Below, one piece after another: positions 4,867 to 12,379 of a stretch of 12,379 nt of DNA. The notes below the pieces were generated by a model. It was not told the DNA's origin, did no database searches, and worked only from the letters and a program-made list of their open reading frames with translations. How positions within the stretch are numbered: position 1 is the first letter of the stretch; each line of letters starts with the position of its first letter. The DNA is from Cytophagales bacterium (GTDB taxonomy: Bacteria; Bacteroidota; Bacteroidia; Cytophagales; Cyclobacteriaceae), in the NCBI GenBank assembly GCA_038224435.1, contig JBBRFK010000117.1, forward strand, positions 1 to 12,379, read 5' to 3'. The position numbers and the translations under genes are program-made.

Positions 4867-7800
4867 ATAACAACCTTAGGTAAGGAGTTCTATTTTGGGT
4901 TTATGGAAAACAACGGGATTCCTCCTGAGGCACCGGACAGGGGAGTCGTCGTGGTCACAGCAAGTGAACCATCAGCCGGTGTCTTGGAATATGCAGGAAG
5001 ATCCTATCCTTTTTCTTTGGCTACCGGTCAGCAGTTTTTCCACCAAATAAATGATTTCGACATACTTCACAGGACCTCGGGAGTGATCGAATCAAAAGGG
5101 GTATATATCATTTCTACGGGAAATGTATCCGTGTATGCTTTTAATGAAAGATTCAGATCTGCGGATGGGACAGTGATTTTACCGATAACTACCTTGGGAA
5201 AGGATTACTATATCACTTCACATTTTGAGGTAATGACCACAGTAGTCAATTACAATGCAAATGTAAATAACGAAAGCACGCTTTTGGTGGTCGGCGTAGA
5301 GAGTAATACCAAGGTCGAAATCACACCATCGGTTGAAACATTGAGCGGACAAGCACCTTTGGTTCCGTTTTTAATTACGCTCAACCGAGGTCAAAGTTAT
5401 CAAATCAAAGCGAGGGGAGATCTTACAGGAACAAGGGTGAGGGTAGTGGGCGATAATGCGGAAGAATGTAAGAATTTGGCCGTTTTTGGAGGAAACAAAT
5501 GGACAAGTGTGGGTGATTGTGGCCTAGCCAATGATAACCTTTTCCAACAGGCTTATCCTGTGAATACCTGGGGAACAGAATTTTTTCACATTCCGTTGGC
5601 AGGAAGGTCTTCGGGGGAATTGGTCAAAATATTGGCTTCCGAAGATAATACCTCCGTTTTTATTGACGGGATTTTGAGGGGTGTGATCAATGTCGGAAAA
5701 TTTATTTCCCTCGATTTTGAAGCTGATCAATTGGCAAATATTAGAACTGATAAACCTTCCTCTGTGACAGTTTTTGCAAAAAGTCAGGCTTGTAATGATT
5801 CCACGCTACCGCTTTTCAATGACGGGGATCCTTTTATGATCACTTACAGCCCAAACCAACAATTGTTAAAGAACATCACTTTCAACGCACTGCAACTGCC
5901 TTCCATCACAAGCCACTATGTGAATATCATTGTAAAAACGGCCTCCAAAGACCAGACTAGGCTTGATGGGAGCAATGTTGGTAATCAGTTTGCTTCGATT
6001 CCGGGAAGTAGCGAATATTCATATGCAAGGATTTCCATTTCCCAAGGCGCACACACTTTGAGTAATCCTGAGGGATTGATCGGATATGTTTATGGATTTG
6101 GATTTATAGAATCCTATGGCTTTGCAGTCGGTGCCAATTTGGACAACCTTAATTTTGAGGCTATAAACCAATATGATTTTGAAGTGTCTGGGGATAAAGT
6201 AGCTTGTTATAACTATGAAAGTTTGTGGCAAATTAATCCTGAGAATGAGCTTTTCACTTATTTCATATGGGATTTTGGAGATGGTTCCGATCCGGTGGTC
6301 GGCAAGGAAGTCCCACATACTTATACTGAAACCGGTGAATATGAAATCAAAATCATAGCTGCAATCAGTGAAAACTCCTGTGACGAACAGCAGGAAGTCA
6401 AGTTCACAGTGACTGTGATCAAAACCGAAGGTGAAATCAGGGGAATTGCAAAAGCTTGTCCATTGGTAGAAGAACTTACTTACGGGGTGGTATCCGAAAT
6501 GGATTTTTCAAAAGTGGAATGGAAGGTTGAGGGTGGGGAAATCATTGATGTTGACGAAGAAAATCTCCAAGTGACAGTCCGTTGGGGTGTCGCAAATCCA
6601 AATGCTAAAATCATTGCATTGCCTTTTACCACTGAGGGTTGTCCTGGGGAAGAAATAGTGTTTGGCGTCGTTATCAATCCTTTAATTGATGCTGAAGTTC
6701 CCGAAGGTTTGAGTGAAATCTGCTTTGACCCTGAGCGCTTGGATGAATATAAAATACCTCAAGGATTTGCCAATAGAGGGTATGAATGGTTCATTGAAGG
6801 GGGAGAATTTGCAGATGGCAATGAAGGAAGTAAAATTCAAGTGAAATGGGTTAATCCTGGAATTACCGGGAAAATCTGGTACCGGGAATATAGCTTGTTC
6901 GATGATTTTTGTGAAGGAACTTCACCGGTTTTGGAAGTTGTGGTCAATCCACTGCTTGAAGCTTCTCTGTCGCAACAATCTGAGGTCCTTTGTTTCGGAG
7001 AATCCAATGGTCAAATCCAACTTACCATTACAGGAGGAAAAGCACCCTACAGGTACGAATGGAGTCACTCCTCTACCTTAAACTCTCCAGATGCACTCAA
7101 TTTATCTGCGGGAAATTATTCAGTAAAAGTTACTGATTCCTTTGGCTGTTTTGTTTTGATTGAAAATGTGGAAATAGATCAACCTGAACTACTTGAATTG
7201 GTAAGTTTTGGCACAGAAAGCACCTCATGTTTCGGTAGACCAGACGGGACGGCGAATATCCTCGTACAGGGAGGAGTTGGTCCATATACCATTGATTTTC
7301 AATCGGTAATTATCATGGGGGGCGAAATTTTACTTGAAGGGCTTGAAGGGAGGTCCCATTCTTATCTGATTACAGATACCAATGGATGCAGTATTCCGGT
7401 GACATTTACGGTGAATTCTCCTATATCGGCGGTAGCAGATGTAAGAATCCAAAAGGCAAGCTGTCCCGGCCAATCCAATGGGGAACTGTATGTTGCCGAT
7501 ACCAGAGGAATCGGTCCATTTACCTATAATTGGGAATTTGATAATTCTCCAGGATCCACGCTGACAGGAATCCCCAGAGGAGTATATGAGGTAAGTATCC
7601 AAGATAGCAGAGGCTGCATCAGTGAAGGTAAAGGAGAAATCTTTGAAGAGTTACCTGTTACAAGAATGCCAACGGGTTTTATCCCAAGTGACGGACTTTT
7701 TGGGCCTGTGGCAAATTGTGAAGTGCCATACCATTTAAAAGTTTTTAACAGATGGGGAAGTATGGTTTATTTTGGTGATTCAGGTTGGGATGGGAGAGTG

Positions 7801-7914
7801 AATGGTGAAGATGCGCCAGTAGGGGCCTACACATACCTTATTTTATTTGAAGTCAGTGTCAATGGGAAAATAACAACGAAAGAAAGTAAAGGGGTTTTTA
7901 CCTTATTGAGATAA
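4786..7914 (+). CDS. Secreted multidomain T9SS type-B cargo protein (likely adhesin), paralogue 1. Domains: signal peptide, N-terminal domain of about 430 aa, PKD, two repeats of about 90 aa, three SprB repeats, CHU_C / type-B C-terminal sorting domain
   Basis: The real start is the ATG at 4786 (MSIKNHKAFFFLLAALHLTIVFDAHSQ is a signal peptide). The 66 codons upstream in the ORF track are AT-rich junk rich in K, I, F and N. PKD signature WDFGDG...HTYTETGEYEIKI is present. SprB repeats: CFGESNGQIQLTITGGKAPYRYEW...GNYSVKVTDSFGC; CFGRPDGTANILVQGGVGPYTIDF...; CPGQSNGELYVADTRGIGPFTYNW...GVYEVSIQDSRGC. The C-terminus RMPTGFIPSDG...LKVFNRWGSMVYFGDSGWDGRVNGEDAPVGAYTYLILFE...KGVFTLLR matches the 'gliding motility-associated C-terminal domain' (TIGR04131 / CHU_C). 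Confidence 0.85.
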   Translation: MSIKNHKAFFFLLAALHLTIVFDAHSQITTLGKEFYFGFMENNGIPPEAPDRGVVVVTASEPSAGVLEYAGRSYPFSLATGQQFFHQINDFDILHRTSGVIESKGVYIISTGNVSVYAFNERFRSADGTVILPITTLGKDYYITSHFEVMTTVVNYNANVNNESTLLVVGVESNTKVEITPSVETLSGQAPLVPFLITLNRGQSYQIKARGDLTGTRVRVVGDNAEECKNLAVFGGNKWTSVGDCGLANDNLFQQAYPVNTWGTEFFHIPLAGRSSGELVKILASEDNTSVFIDGILRGVINVGKFISLDFEADQLANIRTDKPSSVTVFAKSQACNDSTLPLFNDGDPFMITYSPNQQLLKNITFNALQLPSITSHYVNIIVKTASKDQTRLDGSNVGNQFASIPGSSEYSYARISISQGAHTLSNPEGLIGYVYGFGFIESYGFAVGANLDNLNFEAINQYDFEVSGDKVACYNYESLWQINPENELFTYFIWDFGDGSDPVVGKEVPHTYTETGEYEIKIIAAISENSCDEQQEVKFTVTVIKTEGEIRGIAKACPLVEELTYGVVSEMDFSKVEWKVEGGEIIDVDEENLQVTVRWGVANPNAKIIALPFTTEGCPGEEIVFGVVINPLIDAEVPEGLSEICFDPERLDEYKIPQGFANRGYEWFIEGGEFADGNEGSKIQVKWVNPGITGKIWYREYSLFDDFCEGTSPVLEVVVNPLLEASLSQQSEVLCFGESNGQIQLTITGGKAPYRYEWSHSSTLNSPDALNLSAGNYSVKVTDSFGCFVLIENVEIDQPELLELVSFGTESTSCFGRPDGTANILVQGGVGPYTIDFQSVIIMGGEILLEGLEGRSHSYLITDTNGCSIPVTFTVNSPISAVADVRIQKASCPGQSNGELYVADTRGIGPFTYNWEFDNSPGSTLTGIPRGVYEVSIQDSRGCISEGKGEIFEELPVTRMPTGFIPSDGLFGPVANCEVPYHLKVFNRWGSMVYFGDSGWDGRVNGEDAPVGAYTYLILFEVSVNGKITTKESKGVFTLLR
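6175..6425 (+). other. PKD domain of paralogue 1 (approximate bounds)
   Basis: FIWDFGDGSDPVVGKEVPHTYTETGEYEIKIIAAI...KFTVTV; the WDFGDG codons are at 6268-6285. Confidence 0.7.
6982..7644 (+). other. Three tandem SprB repeats (PF13573-like) of paralogue 1 (approximate bounds)
   Basis: Each of the three units has the pattern C.G...G.I......GG.GP[YF].Y.W......G.Y.V.V.D..GC. Confidence 0.7.
7648..7914 (+). other. T9SS type-B C-terminal sorting domain (CHU_C) of paralogue 1
   Basis: ELPVTRMPTGFIPSDGLFGP...FNRWGSMVYFGDSGWDGRVNGEDAPVGAYTYLI...KGVFTLLR*. Confidence 0.85.
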
Positions 7915-8148
7915 GAAAGTTGAATTTAAGATTGGAAGGGGCTTTTTCTAAAATTCTAAATATTTGGTAACATCATCTTAAAATAGAAAAAATGTATAAA
8001 TGGGTGTTTTATTTTAAAGATTGGAGAAATTTTTTTGAACTTCATAATAACAAATTCCTTCAAAAACTACTTCCACAAAAGTGAATGGTCCCTATTCAAA
8101 AAAAAATTATTGATAAATTACGTCTCATATAATGTATTCTAATTGAGA

Positions 8149-8229
8149 ATGCGGTTCCAAGGTAAAGTTTTTATTTATATTTTGGGTTTGTTGCTGATTT
8201 TCGGCTGCTTCAATCCTGTGTTTGGACAG
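8149..8229 (+). other. Predicted Sec signal peptide of paralogue 2
   Basis: MRFQGKVFIYILGLLLIFGCFNPVFGQ. Confidence 0.6.
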
Positions 8230-11200
8230 TTATCCACCATAGGGAGAGAGTTTTTTGTAGGTTTTATGGAGAACAACCGCATTGTCCCTAACAGAATAGA
8301 CCAAGCTTCCATTATTATTTCTGCAAATGAAGATGCAAGCGGCATCATCCAATATGTTAACAATACCATTCCATTTTCAATAAAATCGGGGGAGCAATTC
8401 GTTTATGATTTTCCCCAAGGAGGAGTAGACATTATCCACCGTACTTCTGGAAAAGTTGAGAATCTGGGAGTATATATCAGCGCAGACGGGAATGTTGCTG
8501 TCCACGCATTCAATTTTCGGCAAAGGAGTGCAGATGGAACTGTAGTCCTGCCGCTTTCTTCATTGGGAAAGGATTATCTGGTAACTGCCCATGCTGAACA
8601 ATTTGGACCAGGTGTTTCCGGAGGAAGCAATATTAATTATGAAAGTACTCTTTTGGTGGTCGCCGTGGAAGACGATACCAATATCGAAATCACAACCACT
8701 ACGGCCACGGTCAATACTATTCCGGCAGGAGCGCCTATCAATATCAAACTCAAAAAAGGAGAAAGTTACCAGATTAAAGCCAAAGGAGACCTGACTGGGA
8801 CTAGGGTTAGGGTCATAGGAAGTCAGGAAGGCGATTGTAAGAACATTTCGGTTTTTAGTGGCAATAAAATGACTTCAATAGGCACGGACTGTGAAGGGAC
8901 CACTGGAGACCATTTGTATCAGCAAGCTTATCCTTTATTTTCATGGGGCAAGGAATACATCCATGTACCTTTAAAAGGAAGGACGTCAGGGGAAATGGTC
9001 AAGGTTCTTGCTGCTGAAAACAGCACCCAAATCTTTGTAAACGGTGTTTCTCAAGGAAATCTAAATTCAGGGAAGTTTTCTACTTTCTTTTTTGGGCCGG
9101 AGGAATTGGCTAACATAATTGCCACAAAACCAATTGCTGTCACTGTTTTTTCCAAAAGTCAGGGGTGCAATGTTCAAAACGGTCCTCTAGCCAGCAATGG
9201 TGACCCAACAATGATTACCCTTAGCCCCAATCCACAGTTGATCAAAAGTGTAGCCTTTTCCGCTGTTAAGGTGGTAGGAATTATCAACCATTATGTTAAT
9301 ATCATTGCAACAACAGGTACTCAGGGAGAAACTGTCATAGATGGCCTCAATGTAGGAAATCAATTTTTGCCAGTACCTGGAAATGAAGGTTATGTTTATG
9401 CCCGGGTGGAAATAGCTGAGGGTGTCCATACCCTATCCAATCCTGACGGTGTGATCGCCTATGTCTATGGTTCGGGCTTTATTGAATCCTATGGATATTC
9501 GGCCGGAGCGAGCCTTTCCAATCTGAATTTTGAAACTGAGGTAGCCTATGATTTTGAAGTAGAGGGAGATAAAGTGGCTTGCTTAGGTGAAACTGGAGCA
9601 TGGAAGATTATTCCTTCCAATCCCAAATTTGAGATTTTTGAATGGTCTTTTGGTGACGGAACTGATATGCAGGAAGGGCAGGAGGTCGATCACTTGTTTG
9701 AAGAACCGGGAATTTATGAGATAAAAATCGTGGCGTTTACAGGTGATCGGGCATGTGATCAGATTGAAGAGGCGTTTTTTGAAGTAGAAGTGGTCGAATC
9801 TTCGGGGGAAATATCAGGCCCGGATAATGTCTGCCCCTTGATAGATGAAGGGACTTATGTTTTCGAAAATTATCAAAACACTCAGAAAGTCATATGGGAA
9901 GTAACCGGTGGAGAAATCATTGACTCAAGTGGTTATTCCGTCCAAATCAGGTGGGAGGATTTTGACCCTGATGCCAAAGTGATTGCTGTTCCGGTGACAA
10001 ACCAAGGATGTCTTGGTACACCTGTTGAATTGGGTATTTTGATTAATCCTGCCATTGAACCAGAGCTCCCAGAAGGAAAAAGTCAGATTTGTTTTGAAGA
10101 AAGTGAATCTTACTCCTATAAAGTCAAGAACCTTATCCCTGATAGGACATATCAATGGTATGCAACGGGCGGAACAATTGTTTCTGGTGAAAATACCAAC
10201 GAGGTCACAGTCGAATGGCAGGGTGTTGGCTCAGAGGGTGAAATCTGGTTTGAGGAATACAGTAAAATCAATGTTTCCTGTGGAGGGGAATCCAAAAGGC
10301 TCAAAATCAAAGTCAATCCGCCTATCGAAGCAAATTTAATTTCTTTTACCGAAGAAATTTGCGTTGGATCCAGCCTGGGAAGGATAGAGGTTTTGGCAAT
10401 TGGAGGATCCGGGGAATTCACCTACGATTGGTCTCATGACCCTTTGCTGGAAGGATCTTTAGCTGAAGGATTGGGTATCGGGATTTATTCGGTTTTGGTG
10501 AAAGACTCAGGCGGCTGTGAAATATTTTTTGAAGGGCTCGAGATTGCATCCTCTGAGGAATTTGAATTGATAGGTACACCTGCAATCACCAATGCCAGTT
10601 GTTTTGATTTGGCAGATGGAAAGGTTGTCTTTGAACTACGAGGAGGAACAAAACCATATAGGATTGAGGGATATGATTTTATTGGAGTTGATAATAAGTT
10701 ACAGATTTTTAAATTGTTAAGAGGTGAATATGAAATTATTGTTAAGGATGTAGTAGGTTGTGAGTTTGTCTTGGATATCAACATCGATTCTCCTCCAATA
10801 ATTGAAGTTAATTTCCAAATCGAAAAATTTGCCTGTTCAGGTCTGGCAAACGGCTCACTTTTGGCCATTCCAAAAGGGGGTGTTTCTCCGTTTTTATTCC
10901 AATGGGATTGGGACAGCGGTACCGCTCCGAGGGTTGTTGACATTCCTTCCGGAGAATATGGTTTGTTTGTGGAAGACGCTAATGGTTGCCAAAAGAAGGT
11001 TTTTGGAAAGATGGAAGAAGGTGTTCCGATACTCAGAATGCCGACAGGATTCCATCCGAATGACGGTCTTTTTGAAGGGGTAAGCAATTGTGATCTAGAG
11101 TTTCGGTTGATGGTATATGACAAATGGGGAAGTCTTGTCTATGTAGGAGAAAAAGGCTGGGATGGAAAAATATGGAATCAGGAGGCTGTGATCGGCACTT

Positions 11201-11286
11201 ACACCTATATGATTGAGTATTTTTTCAATGTTGAGGGTCAAAAACAAACTCTCCAACAGCGGGGCGCTTTCACTTTATTGAAATAG
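8149..11286 (+). CDS. Secreted multidomain T9SS type-B cargo protein (likely adhesin), paralogue 2, with the same architecture as paralogue 1
   Basis: ATG at 8149 (MRFQGKVFIYILGLLLIFGCFNPVFGQ is a signal peptide). The ORF track instead starts at an in-frame TTG at 8143. The N-terminal domain is about 50% identical to paralogue 1 (GREFFVGFMENN...IIHRTSGKVENLGVYISADGNVAVHAFNFRQRSADGTVVLPLSSLGKDYLVTAH). PKD motif: WSFGDGTD...DHLFEEPGIYEIKIVA. SprB repeats: CVGSSLGRIEVLAIGGSGEFTYDW...GIYSVLVKDSGGC; CFDLADGKVVFELRGGTKPYRIEG...; CSGLANGSLLAIPKGGVSPFLFQW.... CHU_C tail: RMPTGFHPNDGLFEG...MVYDKWGSLVYVGEKGWDGKIWNQEAVIGTYTYMIEY...RGAFTLLK*. Confidence 0.85.
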   Translation: MRFQGKVFIYILGLLLIFGCFNPVFGQLSTIGREFFVGFMENNRIVPNRIDQASIIISANEDASGIIQYVNNTIPFSIKSGEQFVYDFPQGGVDIIHRTSGKVENLGVYISADGNVAVHAFNFRQRSADGTVVLPLSSLGKDYLVTAHAEQFGPGVSGGSNINYESTLLVVAVEDDTNIEITTTTATVNTIPAGAPINIKLKKGESYQIKAKGDLTGTRVRVIGSQEGDCKNISVFSGNKMTSIGTDCEGTTGDHLYQQAYPLFSWGKEYIHVPLKGRTSGEMVKVLAAENSTQIFVNGVSQGNLNSGKFSTFFFGPEELANIIATKPIAVTVFSKSQGCNVQNGPLASNGDPTMITLSPNPQLIKSVAFSAVKVVGIINHYVNIIATTGTQGETVIDGLNVGNQFLPVPGNEGYVYARVEIAEGVHTLSNPDGVIAYVYGSGFIESYGYSAGASLSNLNFETEVAYDFEVEGDKVACLGETGAWKIIPSNPKFEIFEWSFGDGTDMQEGQEVDHLFEEPGIYEIKIVAFTGDRACDQIEEAFFEVEVVESSGEISGPDNVCPLIDEGTYVFENYQNTQKVIWEVTGGEIIDSSGYSVQIRWEDFDPDAKVIAVPVTNQGCLGTPVELGILINPAIEPELPEGKSQICFEESESYSYKVKNLIPDRTYQWYATGGTIVSGENTNEVTVEWQGVGSEGEIWFEEYSKINVSCGGESKRLKIKVNPPIEANLISFTEEICVGSSLGRIEVLAIGGSGEFTYDWSHDPLLEGSLAEGLGIGIYSVLVKDSGGCEIFFEGLEIASSEEFELIGTPAITNASCFDLADGKVVFELRGGTKPYRIEGYDFIGVDNKLQIFKLLRGEYEIIVKDVVGCEFVLDINIDSPPIIEVNFQIEKFACSGLANGSLLAIPKGGVSPFLFQWDWDSGTAPRVVDIPSGEYGLFVEDANGCQKKVFGKMEEGVPILRMPTGFHPNDGLFEGVSNCDLEFRLMVYDKWGSLVYVGEKGWDGKIWNQEAVIGTYTYMIEYFFNVEGQKQTLQQRGAFTLLK
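10351..11010 (+). other. Three tandem SprB repeats of paralogue 2 (approximate bounds)
   Basis: Same C.G..[ND]G.......GG..P[YF].[YF].W ... G.Y.V.V.D..GC pattern as paralogue 1. Confidence 0.7.
11020..11286 (+). other. T9SS type-B C-terminal sorting domain (CHU_C) of paralogue 2
   Basis: GVPILRMPTGFHPNDGLFEGVSNCDLEFRLMVYDKWGSLVYVGEKGWDGKIWNQEAVIGTYTYMI...RGAFTLLK*. Confidence 0.85.
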
Positions 11287-11319
11287 AATTTGATTTGCTT
11301 TTAATATTTTTTGTTTGCG

Positions 11320-11360
11320 GGATCGGGAGTTTAATTAATTTTAACGATCCTAATATTTTT
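11320..11360 (+). terminator. Candidate terminator after paralogue 2: GGATCG/CGATCC stem around an AT-rich TTAATTAA-containing loop, then a T-rich tract
   Basis: GGATCG (11320-11325) ... CGATCC (11345-11350) followed by TAATATTTTT (11351-11360). The 19-nt loop is long for a canonical terminator. Confidence 0.3.
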
Positions 11361-11383
11361 AAAGAAAACCATTTGTTTTAGTC

Positions 11384-12379
11384 ATGAAGAAAATTTTGAT
11401 CACAGGGGGCGCAGGTTATATTGGCTCTCACACTGCTGTTGCTTTAGTCAATTCGGGTTTTGAACCTGTCATTGTTGACAATTTTTCCAACTCCGAAAAA
11501 TCTGCGTTGGATGGAATCAAATCGATTCTTGGAAGAGAAATTGTGTATCATGAAGTGGATTGCCTTGATAAGATTGGCATGGAAAAAGTTTTTCAGGATA
11601 ATGATTTTCTAGGTGTAATCCATTTTGCTGCTTCCAAAGCAGTTGGAGAGAGCACAAGATTACCTTTGAAATATTATTCCAACAACATAGATTCATTGAT
11701 CATCTTATTGGAGTTGATGTCCAAATACAAAGTCAAAGACCTTGTTTTTTCCTCCTCTTGCACAGTTTATGGCCAACCAAAGGTATTGCCTGTCACAGAA
11801 GCTACTCCAAGACAGGATGCAGAAAGTCCTTATGGCAATACAAAGAAAATCTGTGAAGACATTTTAAGGGACTTAATCTTGAGTGGTGCTGAATCAAGGA
11901 TTGTTGCATTGCGCTATTTCAATCCGGTAGGTGCGCATCCAAGCGCTGAGATAGGGGAGTTGCCTATCGGTGTTCCTGCTAATCTGATTCCTTATATCAC
12001 CCAAACTGCGGCAGGAATCAGGGAAAAAATCACTGTTTTCGGCAATGATTATGATACAGCAGACGGTACCTGCGTCAGGGATTACATCCATGTGATGGAT
12101 TTGGCAGATGCGCATGTCAAAGCCTTAAAATTTCTATCTGAGCAAAAAGATAACTTTTATGACATCTTCAATGTCGGTACAGGAAATGGAAATACAGTAT
12201 TGGAAGTGATTGAAACTTTTGAGAAGGTTAGCGGCCAAAAATTGAATTATGAGATTGGTCCAAGAAGATCGGGAGACATTGAAAAAGTCTGGGCAAATAC
12301 CGACAAAATCAACAAAGTCTTGGGTTGGGAGGCAAAGTATTCCCTGGAAGATTCCATCAGGGATTCTTGGAACTGGCAG
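11384..12379 (+). CDS. galE: UDP-glucose 4-epimerase GalE (NAD-dependent epimerase/dehydratase SDR), 3'-truncated by the window end
   Basis: MKKILITGGAGYIGSH (Rossmann GxxGxxG) ... SSSCTVYG (catalytic Ser region) ... SPYGNTKKICE (YxxxK) ... RYFNPVGAHPS ... DGTCVRDYIHVMDLADAH. This is an unambiguous GalE pattern. The frame is still open at 12379. Confidence 0.9.
   Translation, partial: MKKILITGGAGYIGSHTAVALVNSGFEPVIVDNFSNSEKSALDGIKSILGREIVYHEVDCLDKIGMEKVFQDNDFLGVIHFAASKAVGESTRLPLKYYSNNIDSLIILLELMSKYKVKDLVFSSSCTVYGQPKVLPVTEATPRQDAESPYGNTKKICEDILRDLILSGAESRIVALRYFNPVGAHPSAEIGELPIGVPANLIPYITQTAAGIREKITVFGNDYDTADGTCVRDYIHVMDLADAHVKALKFLSEQKDNFYDIFNVGTGNGNTVLEVIETFEKVSGQKLNYEIGPRRSGDIEKVWANTDKINKVLGWEAKYSLEDSIRDSWNWQ

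Noticed and set aside
5524-7602. Minus-strand ORFs of 65-99 aa inside paralogue 1 (5524-5730, 6019-6318, 6480-6677, 7330-7602)
   Set aside because: They are antisense to a continuous 1042-codon frame with strong domain signatures and have no independent support.
8175-11123. ORFs inside or antisense to paralogue 2 (8175-8369, 8591-8794, 9187-9429, 9925-10155, 10055-10339, 10152-10421, 10485-11123 including a 212-aa one, 10802-11083)
   Set aside because: The same reasoning applies. The 212-aa antisense ORF is rich in Ser, Pro and Thr with low complexity and overlaps the SprB/CTD coding region.
4786-11286. Possibility that the tandem paralogues are a phase- or antigenic-variation cassette system or a DGR target
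   Set aside because: The copies are only about 50% identical at protein level, so there are no long identical DNA tracts for recombination and no template/variable repeat pair. No inverted repeats flank either promoter region. No reverse transcriptase or recombinase gene is in the window.
11894-12115. 73-aa minus-strand ORF inside galE
   Set aside because: It is antisense to an unmistakable GalE frame.
1-12379. Looked for tRNA/rRNA, CRISPR repeats, IS terminal inverted repeats, integrase or transposase motifs, TA pairs and defence-system hallmarks
   Set aside because: None were found. All intergenic regions are short or AT-rich without cloverleaf-like GC-rich segments. No periodic repeat-spacer structure was seen. 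All sizeable ORFs are accounted for by housekeeping or adhesin functions.

Overview
This looks like an ordinary chromosomal region of a low-GC Bacteroidota genome (Cytophagia- or Flavobacteriia-like); I see no standout novel system. The taxonomic guess rests on three things: AT-rich intergenic DNA, no Shine-Dalgarno use, and two cargo proteins carrying a T9SS type-B (CHU_C) C-terminal sorting domain.

Gene order:
- the 3' end of ffh (+)
- a 234-bp convergent gap
- dprA (-), overlapped by a small MerR-family regulator gene (-)
- a rhamnose-mutarotase-fold gene (-)
- a hairpin
- a yqiK-like flotillin (-) and a yqiJ/NfeD-like membrane partner (-), which form an operon
- a 345-bp AT-rich divergent promoter region
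- two tandem, diverged paralogous genes (+) for large secreted multidomain T9SS type-B cargo proteins of about 1040 aa each, likely surface adhesins. Each has a signal peptide, an N-terminal domain of about 430 aa, a PKD domain, two unassigned repeats of about 90 aa, three SprB repeats and a CHU_C sorting domain.
- the 5' part of galE (+)

I find no tRNA, rRNA, CRISPR array, IS element or transposon, integrase, toxin-antitoxin or defence-system hallmark. The most checkable oddities are:
- a 21-bp-phased triple direct repeat just downstream of ffh
- the translationally coupled merR-dprA pair
- the tandem T9SS cargo pair, which lacks an adjacent PorP/SprF-type partner and carries an unassigned twin repeat module

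All protein-family calls are from motif recognition by eye, and no searches were run.
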